Assembly: GCA_963823665.1 (NCBI GenBank)
Contig: CAWGMQ010000004.1
Coordinates: forward strand, 544,001 to 608,000
From: an uncultured Planctomycetota bacterium
Lineage (GTDB): Bacteria > Planctomycetota > Planctomycetia > Isosphaerales > Isosphaeraceae
Reading direction: 5' to 3'
DNA: 64,000 bases
Shown here one piece after another: positions 43,341-55,392 of this stretch. The translations under genes and the position numbers were made by a program. The notes beneath the pieces are model-generated. The model worked only from the letters and a program-made list of their open reading frames with translations. It made no database searches and was not told where the DNA came from. Positions within the stretch are counted from its first letter, which is position 1, and the number at the start of each line of letters is the position of its first letter.

Positions 43341-44053
43341 TGGCCTACGTTTATTGCGGCGCTGAGCTTGATTTGTTTGCCGCGGCAGAGAACTGGAAGT
43401 CGTACGTTCGCGCGGCGGTGCGACGGTACCTGGGCCGAGCGGTGCTTGAAGTGGGCGCGGGAAACGGGAACACCACGCGGGCACTGTGCCGGGGCAAATT
43501 CGAGCGCTGGGTGTGCCTCGAGCCCGACGCGGAGCTGGCAGGTCAGCTCAGCGCGGCCTCCAGCCGGGGCGAGTTACCCGACTGCTGTCACGTTCGGATC
43601 GGCACGCTGGCTGACCTCGATGAAGAGAATCATTATGATACGATTCTTTATATGGACGTGCTCGAACACATCGCGGACGACCACAGGGAGCTGACGCTGG
43701 CGGCGAGTCAGCTCGCGCCGGGCGGGCATCTGATTGTCCTGGCGCCGGCACACCAATGGCTCTTCACGCCGTTCGACGAATCGATCGGACACTATCGACG
43801 CTACACGAAGCGCACGTTGCGCGACGCGGCACCCGAGGACCTTTCGCTCGTCCGGCTGGCGTACATGGATTCGGTCGGTATGCTCGCATCGCTCGGCAAT
43901 CGTCTGGTGCTCAAAAGCGCCATGCCGTCGCCCCAGCAGATTGAAATCTGGGACCGGATGATGGTGCCTTGCTCTCGAGTCGTCGATTGGACTCTTCTAT
44001 ACACGCTGGGGAAGTCGGTGCTGGGTGTCTGGCAACGTTCATGTCAGAGTTAG
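43340..44053 (+). CDS. Class I SAM-dependent methyltransferase
   Basis: VLEVGAGNG, YMDVLEHI, FDESIGHYRRY. Confidence 0.9.
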   Translation: MAYVYCGAELDLFAAAENWKSYVRAAVRRYLGRAVLEVGAGNGNTTRALCRGKFERWVCLEPDAELAGQLSAASSRGELPDCCHVRIGTLADLDEENHYDTILYMDVLEHIADDHRELTLAASQLAPGGHLIVLAPAHQWLFTPFDESIGHYRRYTKRTLRDAAPEDLSLVRLAYMDSVGMLASLGNRLVLKSAMPSPQQIEIWDRMMVPCSRVVDWTLLYTLGKSVLGVWQRSCQS

Positions 44054-44210
44054 AACACGCACAAGAACGATACGGAATAATGTTTCCGGCAAGAGCTTGT
44101 CGCAAAGCTGTTTATCTCGACCCGGGGGTCGACCGCGACGCTGGCGGCTGTGTATAATCAGGGTGTCAAGTCCCCCGTTCCTCTCCTTATGATCACAGGG
44201 GGTTTATCCC

Positions 44211-45124
44211 ATGACGACGGCGATCCAGAAGGACATGGTTTCTTCGCGGGTTCTTGATCGGCTGCGGCGGGGCCAGCTCACGCAACAGCAGGTGGAGGGC
44301 TTCCGCGATTTCCTGGAACAGGTCGACCGCGAGCTGCTTCACCACCGCATCATCACGGACAATGCATACACGCGATGGTTCCAGGCCGGGTTGGCGAGCG
44401 ATCAGGAGTTGGTGCATTTTATACGCCAATTCTCGGTGTTCTCGAATCAGTTTCTGGTGGCTGCGCTTTTGCGTGTGATCAACGCCCCGACCCTTCAACA
44501 GGCGCGGTCGGCCAAAGAGATTCTTTTGAACGAGCTCGGCGTGATCTACCGGCGCACGAGCGGCGATGCAACTGCGACGGGCGCGGTGGATGAAGACGCG
44601 AAGGACCGCGAGGGCGATCCGGAGCTGGTGAGCACCGAGGGAACGGTCGATGGTGGTATTTTCCGTTTCAAGGCGGCGCATTTCGAGTGGCTGCTGGCGG
44701 TGGGGGAGGCACTTGGGCTCGGGCTTTCACAACCTGGGCAAGCGGAAGCAGGGTACGGCGTCGACACTTCATTTCTGCGACGAGCTGATCCGGCTGTTCG
44801 GGAATGAAGACGACCGCATCGCGGAAGGGGCGAGCTTCGCGGTCGAGAACTGGGCGGCGGCGGGTTTCTGGCAAGAGCTGGAAGACGGGCTGCTTGCACA
44901 TCAAGGCAACCCGAATGCCAAATCTGAGGGTTGCTTTCTTCACATGGCATAATCGCGTGGAGGCCCAGCACGCCGGGCACACGATGGAAGAGCTCGAGGA
45001 GGTGTTTTTCTCGCCGAAATTCGATCAGGCGCGGTTCTTCCAGGGCGCGAACGAAGTGCTCGACGCCATCGCGGTCTTCTGGAACGGCTTGGAGGACGAC
45101 CGGATTCGGTGCGTGGTGAACTGA
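44211..45124 (+). CDS. Heme-oxygenase-like diiron oxidase (PqqC/CADD/TenA superfamily); frameshifts near 44715 and 44897
   Basis: All-helical; QFSVFSNQF, EILLNELG, AAHFEWL, ASFAVENW, FFTWHNRVEAQHAGH give an E/H/E/H-x-x-x-E-x-x-H ligand pattern. Confidence 0.72.
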
Positions 45125-45138
45125 GAGGCCAAGCTCGC

Positions 45139-46245
<1,107 letters not shown>

Positions 46246-46265
46246 GACATGAGTTGAGGCGCTCG

Positions 46266-46979
46266 ATGAAGACACCCTTACCTGAAGTTGCCAGCATTCG
46301 TGACTTCTACGCTTTCGAGCAGCATGTGATGACATGCCGGCGCCATCGCGGGCTGGCGATGGCCGAAGCATGGTATCAAGTGCCGGTGTTTTATTTCTCG
46401 AACCCCGCGAGCGTCCGGCATCAGGACCAAGACGTGTGGGCGCCCCGCGGTTGTGCCCAACTCGATTACGAGCTTGAACTTGCCTGTGTGATCGGCCGGA
46501 GGGCGCGTGATCTGCCAGCGGACGACCAGGCGCTCGAGTCGGTGGCGGGATTCACGATCATGAACGACTGGAGTGCGCGAGACCTGCAACAGCTTGAAAT
46601 GTCGGTGGGCCTGGGGCCGAGCAAGGGCAAAGATTTTGCCACGTCACTGGGCCCTCAAGTTGTGAGCATGGACGAGCTGGCCGACTGCTACCGAGACGGC
46701 CGGCTGCACCTGGAAATGGCAGCTTCTGTAAGCGGTCGATTGTTATCTCGTGGAAACTCTGGTTCGATGTACTGGACGTGGCCGCAACTGCTTGCACACG
46801 CCAGCCGAGATGCAGACTTGCGTCCGGGTGACGTGATCGGCTCGGGAACCGTCGGCTCGGGCTGCATTCTCGAGCTGACGCCGGAAGCTGCCGGCGGCTG
46901 GCTCAAACCGGGCGACACAGTCGAGCTGTCGATTGAGCGGTTGGGGACTTTGCGCAACCGCGTTGTATCGCATCCTTGA
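46266..46979 (+). CDS. Fumarylacetoacetate hydrolase family protein
   Basis: IRDFYAFEQHV, LDYELELA, MNDWSARDLQ, KGKDFATSLGP, GDVIGSGT. Confidence 0.9.
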   Translation: MKTPLPEVASIRDFYAFEQHVMTCRRHRGLAMAEAWYQVPVFYFSNPASVRHQDQDVWAPRGCAQLDYELELACVIGRRARDLPADDQALESVAGFTIMNDWSARDLQQLEMSVGLGPSKGKDFATSLGPQVVSMDELADCYRDGRLHLEMAASVSGRLLSRGNSGSMYWTWPQLLAHASRDADLRPGDVIGSGTVGSGCILELTPEAAGGWLKPGDTVELSIERLGTLRNRVVSHP

Positions 46980-47018
46980 AGAGACGGTGTCTCGGAGCGT
47001 CGTCCATGCCTCAGTATC

Positions 47019-48176
47019 ATGCGACTCGGCGCGATACCTCCCAAGCGCCACATCACCCACCCGCATATTCCGGGCTTCAAGAACGAGGGGATTTACTATG
47101 AGGAGGTGGTCACGACAGCCGGTTTTTCGCGAACCTACAGCGTGGTCTATCATCTTCGTCCGCCGACGAGAGTGACGGGGCTCGAGCCGGCCGGTACGAT
47201 TCCCTCGGATTTCGGCGAACAGCCCACGCTCAGGCACCACCACATCAAGACGGCGGGGCTGCCGCGCTCGGGTGATCCGATCGGCGGCCGGGTGCTGCTT
47301 TTCGGCAACGACGACGTCACGATCGCGCGCTGTCGGCCCGATGCGCCCCAGGAAGAGTTGTTCCGCAACGCCGACGCCGACGAAGTCGTGTTCGTGCATC
47401 GCGGGCGAGGGATTCTGCACACCATGTTCGGCCCACTTGGGTTTCGCGAATTCGATTACGTGGTCATTCCGCGGTGCACCACCTACCGGTTCGAGTTCGA
47501 GGCGGGCTGCGGGCCCGACTTGCTCGTGATCGAGTCGACGGGCAGCCTCACGATCCCTGCGAGGTATATGAATGCCGACGGTCAGTTGAAAATGGGTGCT
47601 CCCTACAGCGAGCGCGATCTTCACGGCCCGAGCGAGATCGGCGTGGTCGATCGCGACGAGGAGACCTCGGTGCTCGTCAAGGACGGCCGCCGGCTGACTC
47701 GCTACAACCTGGCGAACCACCCGTTCGACGTCGTCGGGTGGGATGGATTCGTTTATCCTTACACGTTCAACGCCGACGACTTCGAGCCGCTCACGGGCAG
47801 GGTGCACCTGCCGCCGCCGGTGCACCAGACGTTCGATGCGCCGGGCTTTGTGGTGTGCACGTTCGCACCCCGGATGCTCGACACCGACCCACGGGCAGTC
47901 AAGGTGCCGTTTGCTCATTCGAACGTACAAGCCGACGAGGTTCTGTACTACGTGCGCGGGCGGTTCAGTAGCCGCAAGGGAGTCGAGGAATCATCGTTTA
48001 CACTGCACCCGCGCGGCATTCCGCACGGCCCGCATCCCGGTACCTTCATGGCTAGCCGGGATGCCCGCTCGACCGATGAGCTGGCGGTGATGGTCGACAC
48101 GGTGCGGCCATTGCAACTGAGCCGCCAGGCGATGCTGCTTGATGACCCCGCCTATCCCTTGAGCTGGATTGACTGA
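47019..48176 (+). CDS. hmgA: Homogentisate 1,2-dioxygenase
   Basis: PPKRH, FRNADADE, HPFDVVGWDG, HLPPPVHQTF, HSNV..DEVLYY, TLHPRGIPHGPHPG. Confidence 0.92.
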   Translation: MRLGAIPPKRHITHPHIPGFKNEGIYYEEVVTTAGFSRTYSVVYHLRPPTRVTGLEPAGTIPSDFGEQPTLRHHHIKTAGLPRSGDPIGGRVLLFGNDDVTIARCRPDAPQEELFRNADADEVVFVHRGRGILHTMFGPLGFREFDYVVIPRCTTYRFEFEAGCGPDLLVIESTGSLTIPARYMNADGQLKMGAPYSERDLHGPSEIGVVDRDEETSVLVKDGRRLTRYNLANHPFDVVGWDGFVYPYTFNADDFEPLTGRVHLPPPVHQTFDAPGFVVCTFAPRMLDTDPRAVKVPFAHSNVQADEVLYYVRGRFSSRKGVEESSFTLHPRGIPHGPHPGTFMASRDARSTDELAVMVDTVRPLQLSRQAMLLDDPAYPLSWID

Positions 48177-48184
48177 GGCTTGGC

Positions 48185-48790
48185 ATGATCATTGATGTAA
48201 GAGCGGCGGACGTTGTCACGGTATACCGCGCTCTGGTGGGACTGGTTGTTCCACGGCCGATCGCATGGGTGACGACGGTCGACTCGGCGGGAAGGGTCAA
48301 TCTGGCGCCGTTCAGCTTCTTCAACGCCTTCGGCGCCAATCCGCCGATTGTGGTTTTCTCGCCGACACTCCGGCGGGACGGCTCCAAGAAGGACACGCTG
48401 CTCAACGTGGAAGCTGTCGGTGAGTTTGTGGTGAATGCCGCGGTCGAAGAGCTTGCCGAGAAGATGAATTCCACGTCGGCGGAGCTTCCTCGCGGCCAGA
48501 GTGAAGCCATCCGTGCCGGTTTAACGCTGGCGCCCTCGGCCAGGGTTCGCCCGCCTCGCGTGGCCGAGTCGCCCGTTCACCTGGAATGTCTCGTCAGGGG
48601 AATCATGTCGATGGGAGACGGCCCGATCGCCGCGAATCTGGTGATCGGCGAGGTCGTCTTGATCCACATCGAAGAGCGCGTGCTGGACTCCGCCGGGCAG
48701 GTTGACCCGCGCAAGCTACGGGCCATCGCCCGCCTGGGCGCCAACGATTATTGCCGGACGGGCGATCTCTTTCAGATGGAACGGCCGTGA
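48185..48790 (+). CDS. Flavin reductase family protein
   Basis: VVPRPIAWVTT, NLAPFSFFN, KDTLLNV...GEFVVN, ESPVHLEC. Confidence 0.92.
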   Translation: MIIDVRAADVVTVYRALVGLVVPRPIAWVTTVDSAGRVNLAPFSFFNAFGANPPIVVFSPTLRRDGSKKDTLLNVEAVGEFVVNAAVEELAEKMNSTSAELPRGQSEAIRAGLTLAPSARVRPPRVAESPVHLECLVRGIMSMGDGPIAANLVIGEVVLIHIEERVLDSAGQVDPRKLRAIARLGANDYCRTGDLFQMERP

Positions 48791-48882
48791 TCGTCCTGTC
48801 TTGGTGCTGCCGCAACGTGGTATCAAGGAATCGCAGAGAGCGGACGGAATTGTTCGAGCGTTCTTCGACCTTGGAGTCCGGC

Positions 48883-51501
48883 ATGAATCGATCGCTGTAT
48901 CTCATCACGTGGGGCATCTCAATTCTGGTGTTCGCGTCGGCGGACGCTGTGAATGCTGCCAGCCCATCGCTCGAAAACCCAACGTTTCGGCCGCCAGCGG
49001 TACCGCTTGTCACGAGTAATCCGTACTTGAGCGTCTGGTCGATGGCCGATCGGCTCACAGATGATGAGACGCGACACTGGACGCGCCGCGAGCACCCGGT
49101 TTCGTGTTTGATCCGGATCGACGGCAAGACGTATCGCTTGATGGGGAAGAAGCCCGCGAACATCCCACCGCTTCCCCAGGTCAGCGTGCGCGTATTTCCG
49201 ACGCGCACGATTTACGAATTCGAAGGGGATCACGTCCACGTCAGTTTGACGTTTCTCACTCCGGCGTTGCCGGACGACCTGCCCGTTTTGGCACGCCCGC
49301 TCACCTACCTGACGTGGGTCGTGAATTCCACCGGGCCGGAAGCGCATGTGGTCTCGATCTTTTTCTCGGCCGGCTCCCAACTGGCCGCGGACCCGCCTGC
49401 ACAGGAAGTTGCCTGGTCGCACGAGGCGATGCCGCCCGTCTCCGCTCTCAGAGTCGGAACGGTGAGTCAACGCACGCTTCAGCGTGCCGGCGATGACACC
49501 AGCATTGACTGGGGCTACCTCTACGTGGCTGCTCCCACCGCGGGCTGTTCGCACGCGGTAGGCTCGAGCGCGGCGATCGCGGAACGCTTCGCGGCGGATG
49601 GCGTGCTGCGCTCCGATCCCGCACAGCTCAATCAAACATCGGGGACAGCGAACGGCTCGGATTTCGTTCTTGCGCTCGGATTCGACGAGTTTCAGGCCAT
49701 CGGGCTGCCGGTGTCGCGCCACTTGATGATCGCGTACGACGAAGTGTATTCGATCAAGTTCCTGGGCCGGAAGCTGCGGCCATACTGGCGGCGCGACGGC
49801 GCCGGCCCGGCCGATCTGTTGCGCGAGGCCGAGCGCGACTACCCGAGCCTGGAACGGCGCAGCTCGATTTTTGACGCCGAGCTGATGGCCGACCTCACGC
49901 GCTGCGGCGGTGAGCGCTACGCACAGATGGCCGCACTCGCCTACCGCCAATCGCTCGCGGGCTGCGGCCTGGCGGCCGATGCCAATAAACAGCCGTTGCT
50001 TTTCCCCAAGGAGAACAGCAGCAACGGCTGTGTCGCCACGGTGGACGTGATCTATCCGGCCGCACCCCAGTTTCTGCTGATGGGACCAACCTACGCCAGG
50101 GCACTCGTTGCGCCGGCCATGATCTACAGCACTTCGCCGCGCTGGAAGTTTCCCTTCGCCCCTCATGATGTCGGCGTGTATCCCCAGGCCAATGGTCAGG
50201 TCTACGGCGGAGGAGAATCGTCCACGAACGAAGCCGACATGATGCCCGTCGAGGAGAGCGGCAATCTGATCCTCCTCTGCGCAGCGATCGCCAAGATGGA
50301 AGGTAACGCGTCGTTCGCCACGCTCTGGTGGCCGCAGCTCACTCGGTGGGAAGCCTATCTCGAGCGCTTCGGCAGAGACCCCGAAGATCAGCTCTGCACC
50401 GACGATTTCATGGGCCATCTGGCTCACAACGCCAACCTCTCGGTCAAGGCGATTCTCGCGATCGCCGCTTACGGCGAGCTTTGCCGGATGCGCGGCGATG
50501 CGGCCGCGGCCGCCAGGTACCGGAGCCGAGCAAAGGAATATGCACAGCACTGGATGGAGGTCGCCGCCGATGGAGATCACTACCGCATCGCATTCGACCG
50601 ACCGAACACCTGGAGCCAGAAGTATAACCTCGTCTGGGACAAGCTTCTCGGCCTGGACATCTTTCCTCCCAAGGTCGCCCAGACCGAGGTCGCCTACTAC
50701 AAGAACGTGGTCCAGCGCTACGGCGTTCCGCTCGATTCGCGAACCCGGCTCACCAAGACGGATTGGTGCCTCTGGAGCGCCACCCTTGCAGGAAACCGCA
50801 GCGATTTTGAAGCCATCGTTGCACCAATCTTCGACTATCTGAACGAGACAACCGCCCGGCTGCCGTTCGTCGATTCTTATCTCACCGATAACCCGAAGAG
50901 CGACGGGATGCGAGCCCGCCCTGTGATCGGCGGCGTGTACATCAAGCTGCTCGAAGACCCCGCGATCTGGAAAAAATGGTCGGGCCGCGATCACGCCACA
51001 CCCGGAAGCTTCGCCCCACCGCCGGAGATGCCCCGAATCACCGACGTCATCCCCACCTCGCAGCGTCACCCGGCCGCATGGCGCTTCACGTTCGCAAAAC
51101 CAGCGCACGGCTGGGAGCAGCCGACTTTCGACGATCACACCTGGCAAAAAGGGCCCGGCGGCTTCGGGACCAACGGCACTCCGGGCGCAGTAATCGGTAC
51201 GAACTGGAACACGCCGGACATCTGGCTCCGCCGCGAAATCACTGTCCCCGCTGGAGTCGCTCATACACATCTTCAACTCATCATTTATCACGACGAAGAT
51301 GCCGAAATCTACCTGGACGGTTTGCTGGCAGCGAGCGAAACCGGCTACGTCACGAGCTATCAGCCCGTCGAGATCCCTGCGGTGGTACAGGCTAAGCTCA
51401 AGCCAGGTGCGAAAGCTCTGATCGCCGTTCATTGCCATCAGACTGGAGGAGGACAAGGGATCGACGTCGGTGTGATCGACGTCGTCGAAAAAGATCGCTG
51501 A
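48883..51501 (+). CDS. Exported GtaA glutaminase-like / DUF4965 family protein with a C-terminal carbohydrate-binding-like domain
   Basis: Signal peptide; RPPAVPLV..PYLSVWS, KENSSNG..ATVDV.YP, MPVEESGN, QLCTDDF.G, WSQKYNLVWD; C-terminal DIWLRR...HDEDAEIYL. Confidence 0.85.
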   Translation: MNRSLYLITWGISILVFASADAVNAASPSLENPTFRPPAVPLVTSNPYLSVWSMADRLTDDETRHWTRREHPVSCLIRIDGKTYRLMGKKPANIPPLPQVSVRVFPTRTIYEFEGDHVHVSLTFLTPALPDDLPVLARPLTYLTWVVNSTGPEAHVVSIFFSAGSQLAADPPAQEVAWSHEAMPPVSALRVGTVSQRTLQRAGDDTSIDWGYLYVAAPTAGCSHAVGSSAAIAERFAADGVLRSDPAQLNQTSGTANGSDFVLALGFDEFQAIGLPVSRHLMIAYDEVYSIKFLGRKLRPYWRRDGAGPADLLREAERDYPSLERRSSIFDAELMADLTRCGGERYAQMAALAYRQSLAGCGLAADANKQPLLFPKENSSNGCVATVDVIYPAAPQFLLMGPTYARALVAPAMIYSTSPRWKFPFAPHDVGVYPQANGQVYGGGESSTNEADMMPVEESGNLILLCAAIAKMEGNASFATLWWPQLTRWEAYLERFGRDPEDQLCTDDFMGHLAHNANLSVKAILAIAAYGELCRMRGDAAAAARYRSRAKEYAQHWMEVAADGDHYRIAFDRPNTWSQKYNLVWDKLLGLDIFPPKVAQTEVAYYKNVVQRYGVPLDSRTRLTKTDWCLWSATLAGNRSDFEAIVAPIFDYLNETTARLPFVDSYLTDNPKSDGMRARPVIGGVYIKLLEDPAIWKKWSGRDHATPGSFAPPPEMPRITDVIPTSQRHPAAWRFTFAKPAHGWEQPTFDDHTWQKGPGGFGTNGTPGAVIGTNWNTPDIWLRREITVPAGVAHTHLQLIIYHDEDAEIYLDGLLAASETGYVTSYQPVEIPAVVQAKLKPGAKALIAVHCHQTGGGQGIDVGVIDVVEKDR

Positions 51502-53963
51502 TCGCCACACTCGAGATCAATGCCCACACAAATGTGGAAACGCACGTGACCGCACAGCCCAGGACAAACCCCGGCGGCTCGTAGTGAAGCGCGATCGTGT
51601 GCCGCCCGGGGTTAGAGAGGGGAATCACTCGCTGAGAGTGGTTGCCGCGCAGCACCGGCACGGCTAAACCGTCCACGAGCGCGCTCCAGCCCGGCATCCA
51701 GGTATCGGCCACGACCAGGAGACCGGGTGCGGCCGTCGCCACGCGCAGAACCGGGCGGTCCGGGTCGGCTGTTGCCCATTCTGCGGGTGTGAACGGCTGA
51801 CGGGGGCCGGCCGCGACTTCGCCAAAGGGTCGACATCCATCAGCACCCAGCGGCGCGGGTCCACCAGCCGAAACGCACCGGCGTCAAACCGATCGTCCGA
51901 GCGCGCTTCGAGCGCGCGAGGAACGACATAAGCTCGCGGCAATCTCCCAGGATTCGACTGAATGACAAACTCGCCTCCGTTCCACCGCCCTCGAGCGACG
52001 ACCGGCCAACCCGGGTCTGACTCAAACTTATCCGATACAACGTGGGACACACTCATCCGATCGAAGACCTCCTGACGTACCTCGCGCTTGAAGTCCTCAA
52101 CGGGTGCGTTCATCAAGTCGTCGTGCTTCGGGCGCTGGCGCGCTGCCACGGGATAAAGTCGTTCATAGAGCCGCGCGGCGTGATCGATCTGGAACACGTC
52201 ATTAACATTTGTTTTCTCGATCCCGTGCGCGGCCGCCCGCAAATCCCCGTAAAAGTTGTCTCGTGCCTTGATTCGCGGCGGAAGTCGATAAGCCGACTCT
52301 GCGCCCAACCCCTCGATCGCGGCACTCACCGGGTCAGCACCCATGAACAACTCCGGAGGCGCCACCTGCAAGAGCGAGTTCCCGTACCAGCCGAGCTCGC
52401 AAAACGCGAGCAAGCCGATCAAGCCCGCCGCAAGTCGCGGACCACGAGAGGAGGCAAGCGGAAGGCTTCCCAGGACGAGAACACCGGCCAAGCCCCCCGA
52501 GCGCGAGCCGGAACCGATCGTCCGCGAGCACCATTTGAGCCGCCAGTGTGGTTCGCGCAGGATTCGCGGATCGGCGAGCTGGCCCGATCAGATAGAGCGT
52601 CGCCACGCCCACGACGATGAACGCCCCGCAGCGCACCGCAAAAAGTCGCCACGCTCGGGGCTCTGCGAGCCGAGTTATGATCGTCTGCACACCCAGGCCC
52701 GCCAGCACTGCCGCAGCGAGATTGGCAAGGAAACAGCGTTCGCGCCGGCACCCGGAACCAGTTCATCCCAGGCACGACAAAATACGCAGCCGCGTACAGC
52801 AGCAGGTGTCGCCCGCAGGCACACCAGAGTGCCAGGCCCACGAGCAGCAACCACCCGCGAACCGCCTTTCGGTCCGGGTGCCAGCGGACAGCAGCGATCC
52901 CGAGGAAAAGCGGAATCAGCCCGATCGAGAGGAGTGTCTCCCAGTAGTTGTCGCTGCCGAAATAATCCGCCGGCCCACCAAGAGCCATCGGGCAAAGCAA
53001 TTGAAATGCGTTCACGGCTTCCAGGTGGTAACGTCTGGGAACGCTCACTCGCCCGGACGCGTGGTGATCGCGCAACAGCCAGGGCCGCACTGCAAGCTGC
53101 GGTGCCAGGTCGAGCGCCGCCAATCCCAGCGAGAGTGCCAGAGCGCCGCCCCATACGATGATCCGCGACCCCGCTTGGCGCAGGCGTCCCGAGCGCCAGA
53201 GAACCAGAGCATCAGCCACGCTCCAGGCCGATAGCGCGAGAACGAGGAGCAGCCATTCCTGCGGATGACCCGCCAGGAACGCAAACGCCAGCACTACGGG
53301 CAGGATCAACCATCCGCGAAGGCGACCGCGTCTGGCTTCGCCGAAGGACCAGAACGCCCAGGGATACCAGGCCGCCGCCCAGACGTGTGGATAATGCCCC
53401 TCAAACGTATGTGCAAGCAAATATGGCGATGCCAGGTAGACGGAACCGCCCACAGTCGCCGCCCACCGACTTCCAGACGCCGAGCGCAAAAGCCGATAGA
53501 CCCCCATGCCACCCCAGATCAGGTGGCCGCAGGTCAACCAGCCTAACAGAGAGGGTGGCCCCCACCAGACGGCCCAAACAAACGGATAGAAGAGGCCCGC
53601 TTGCGGATTGCCGACCGAGGGTCGGCCGCCAAATCCTCTGGCATCCCAGAGCGGCAAGTGCCCGAACGCCGAGATCAGCTTGCTCTGGGCCAGGTGATGC
53701 GGAAGGAAAACAAAGGTCAGATCGTTCCCGATTGGACGCGGGTCGCCGGCGTTTGCACGGTCGATGCTGGGCCGGCGGCCGTCGACCAGGAGCGCTTCGG
53801 GATGCACGATCAAATGGCCGAAGCACACGGCCGCGAGCGCGACCATCGCGACTGCCGGGAGCCACGGAACTTTCCGAGCCCCCGCTCGGGCTGGGTGAAC
53901 AGCCGCGTTCGTTATGAGCTTGCGATGACCCAAGGTGCCACGTGCTCCGGGAGGCAATATCAC
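51398..53963 (-). CDS. YfhO-like membrane glycosyltransferase (several frameshifts)
   Basis: PLWD....GGRP..GNPQAGLFYP, LAGHPQ, FRVPAR, N...LPRAY, LLVVADTWMPGWSA.VDG, G.H.I.L.Y.P spread over ORFs 52419-53963, 52334-52708, 51664-52491 and 51398-51742. Confidence 0.78.
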
Positions 53964-53972
53964 TCAAGGATG

Positions 53973-55291
53973 TCAGGACGAAGAATCTTCACGCGCGTCT
54001 TGATGCAGAATCTCACTGGGAAAGCGCCGGCCCAGAATGTGCGGCCGCGGGAAGGGCGAGATTTCGCGGCCCGCCCGGGCGCCAGAGAGCAACTCGAAAT
54101 ACCGCTGGATATGCTCGGTTTCCGACCACTCACCCGTGCGGACTGCAAATCCTCGCGCGGCGAGGTCGTCGTGCAGACGATGATCGTGCACCATCCGCCG
54201 CAGCGCAGTCAAAAACTCGGTGTCGGTGCGAAAAGCGAGGCCGCCGCCACTCAAGAAGCCGGTTTCGTAAAGGGCGCCTCCGCCTTCATGAACAACCACC
54301 GGCGTTCCCACCGCGAACGCCTCGAGCACGACGTACCCGAACGTCTCGGGGAAGAGCGAGGGCACCACCACCGCCCGCGCGCTGCGGAATAGCCGCGCCA
54401 GCGCAGGACCGCCCAGCAGTCCCTCGAATCGCACATTCGGCAAGCCGGCCGCGAGTGCTTTCAGCTCGGCCTCATACGGGCCCGTCCCGGCGATACGGAG
54501 GTCGACCTCCGGCAAGTAGCTCATGAGTGGAATCAGTCGCTGAAAACCCTTCATCTTCACGAGCCGGCCGGCCGCGGCGAGGTAAGGCCGTTCAAGCACC
54601 ACCGGCAACTCGTTCTCGACGCCCTTCGACCAGCCGTCGGGCAGGAAATAGGGAAGGTGAACCAGTCTCACGTGCGAGCCGATACCGCGGCGGCGATGCT
54701 CGTCCAGGCTATGGCGGCTGGGAAAAACCAGTGCATCGAGAGACTCTAGTCCTCGCTCGATCGCCCGCGTCGCGCGCCAGACCTGGGGAGGCCGGCGGCC
54801 GTTCAAGCAGCAACTCACACAGTTGGGCGCTTCGCACGCCTTTCGATCGTATTTCCAGAGAAGATGCATGGGACAGATCAGCCAGTGCTCATGAGCCGTC
54901 ATGATCCGTGCTGCCCGGCGATTGGCCCCGTCAGAGAGCAGCCCCGGCCCCCCGATCAGCGAAATGTTGTGGAAGTGGATGACATCGGTCGCGGGATCGT
55001 CAAGCGCCTCCTTGAGCGCGCCGACTTGAAGAAGGGCTTCCCGGTCGCCTGGGTCGCCAGTGGCGAAAGCAACCCGAAGCTGCTTTTCAAGGGGTGAATG
55101 TGCAACCCGGGCGCGGGCTCATACGAGCGCAGCGGGTGGCCGTTGCGCACGGCATTGAAGGCATCGACACAATAATAGACATGAACCTCGTGCCCGCGCC
55201 GGCAAAGCGCCTCGCTCAAGCGCTCGACGTACGCAGCGTCCCCACCAAAGCTGTGCTCGCCGAAGAACGTCGTGATCATGGCGAATTTCAT
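53973..55291 (-). CDS. GT4 glycosyltransferase (frameshifted near 54900-55025)
   Basis: MKFAMITTFF...GGDAAYV; TAHEHWLICP; GRLVKMKG; PSLFPETFGYVVLEAFAVGTPV. Confidence 0.88.
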
Positions 55292-55392
55292 GGGCGACCT
55301 CCGTGTCGCTTTTGAGCATCGATGTGTCGGCCACGATGGTTATCACGAACCCTGATCTCGATCGAGTTGAATGCGGTCGGCCCACGTGCAAC

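Noticed and set aside
48919..51510. 863-aa minus-strand ORF
   Set aside because: Antisense shadow of the glutaminase-like gene.
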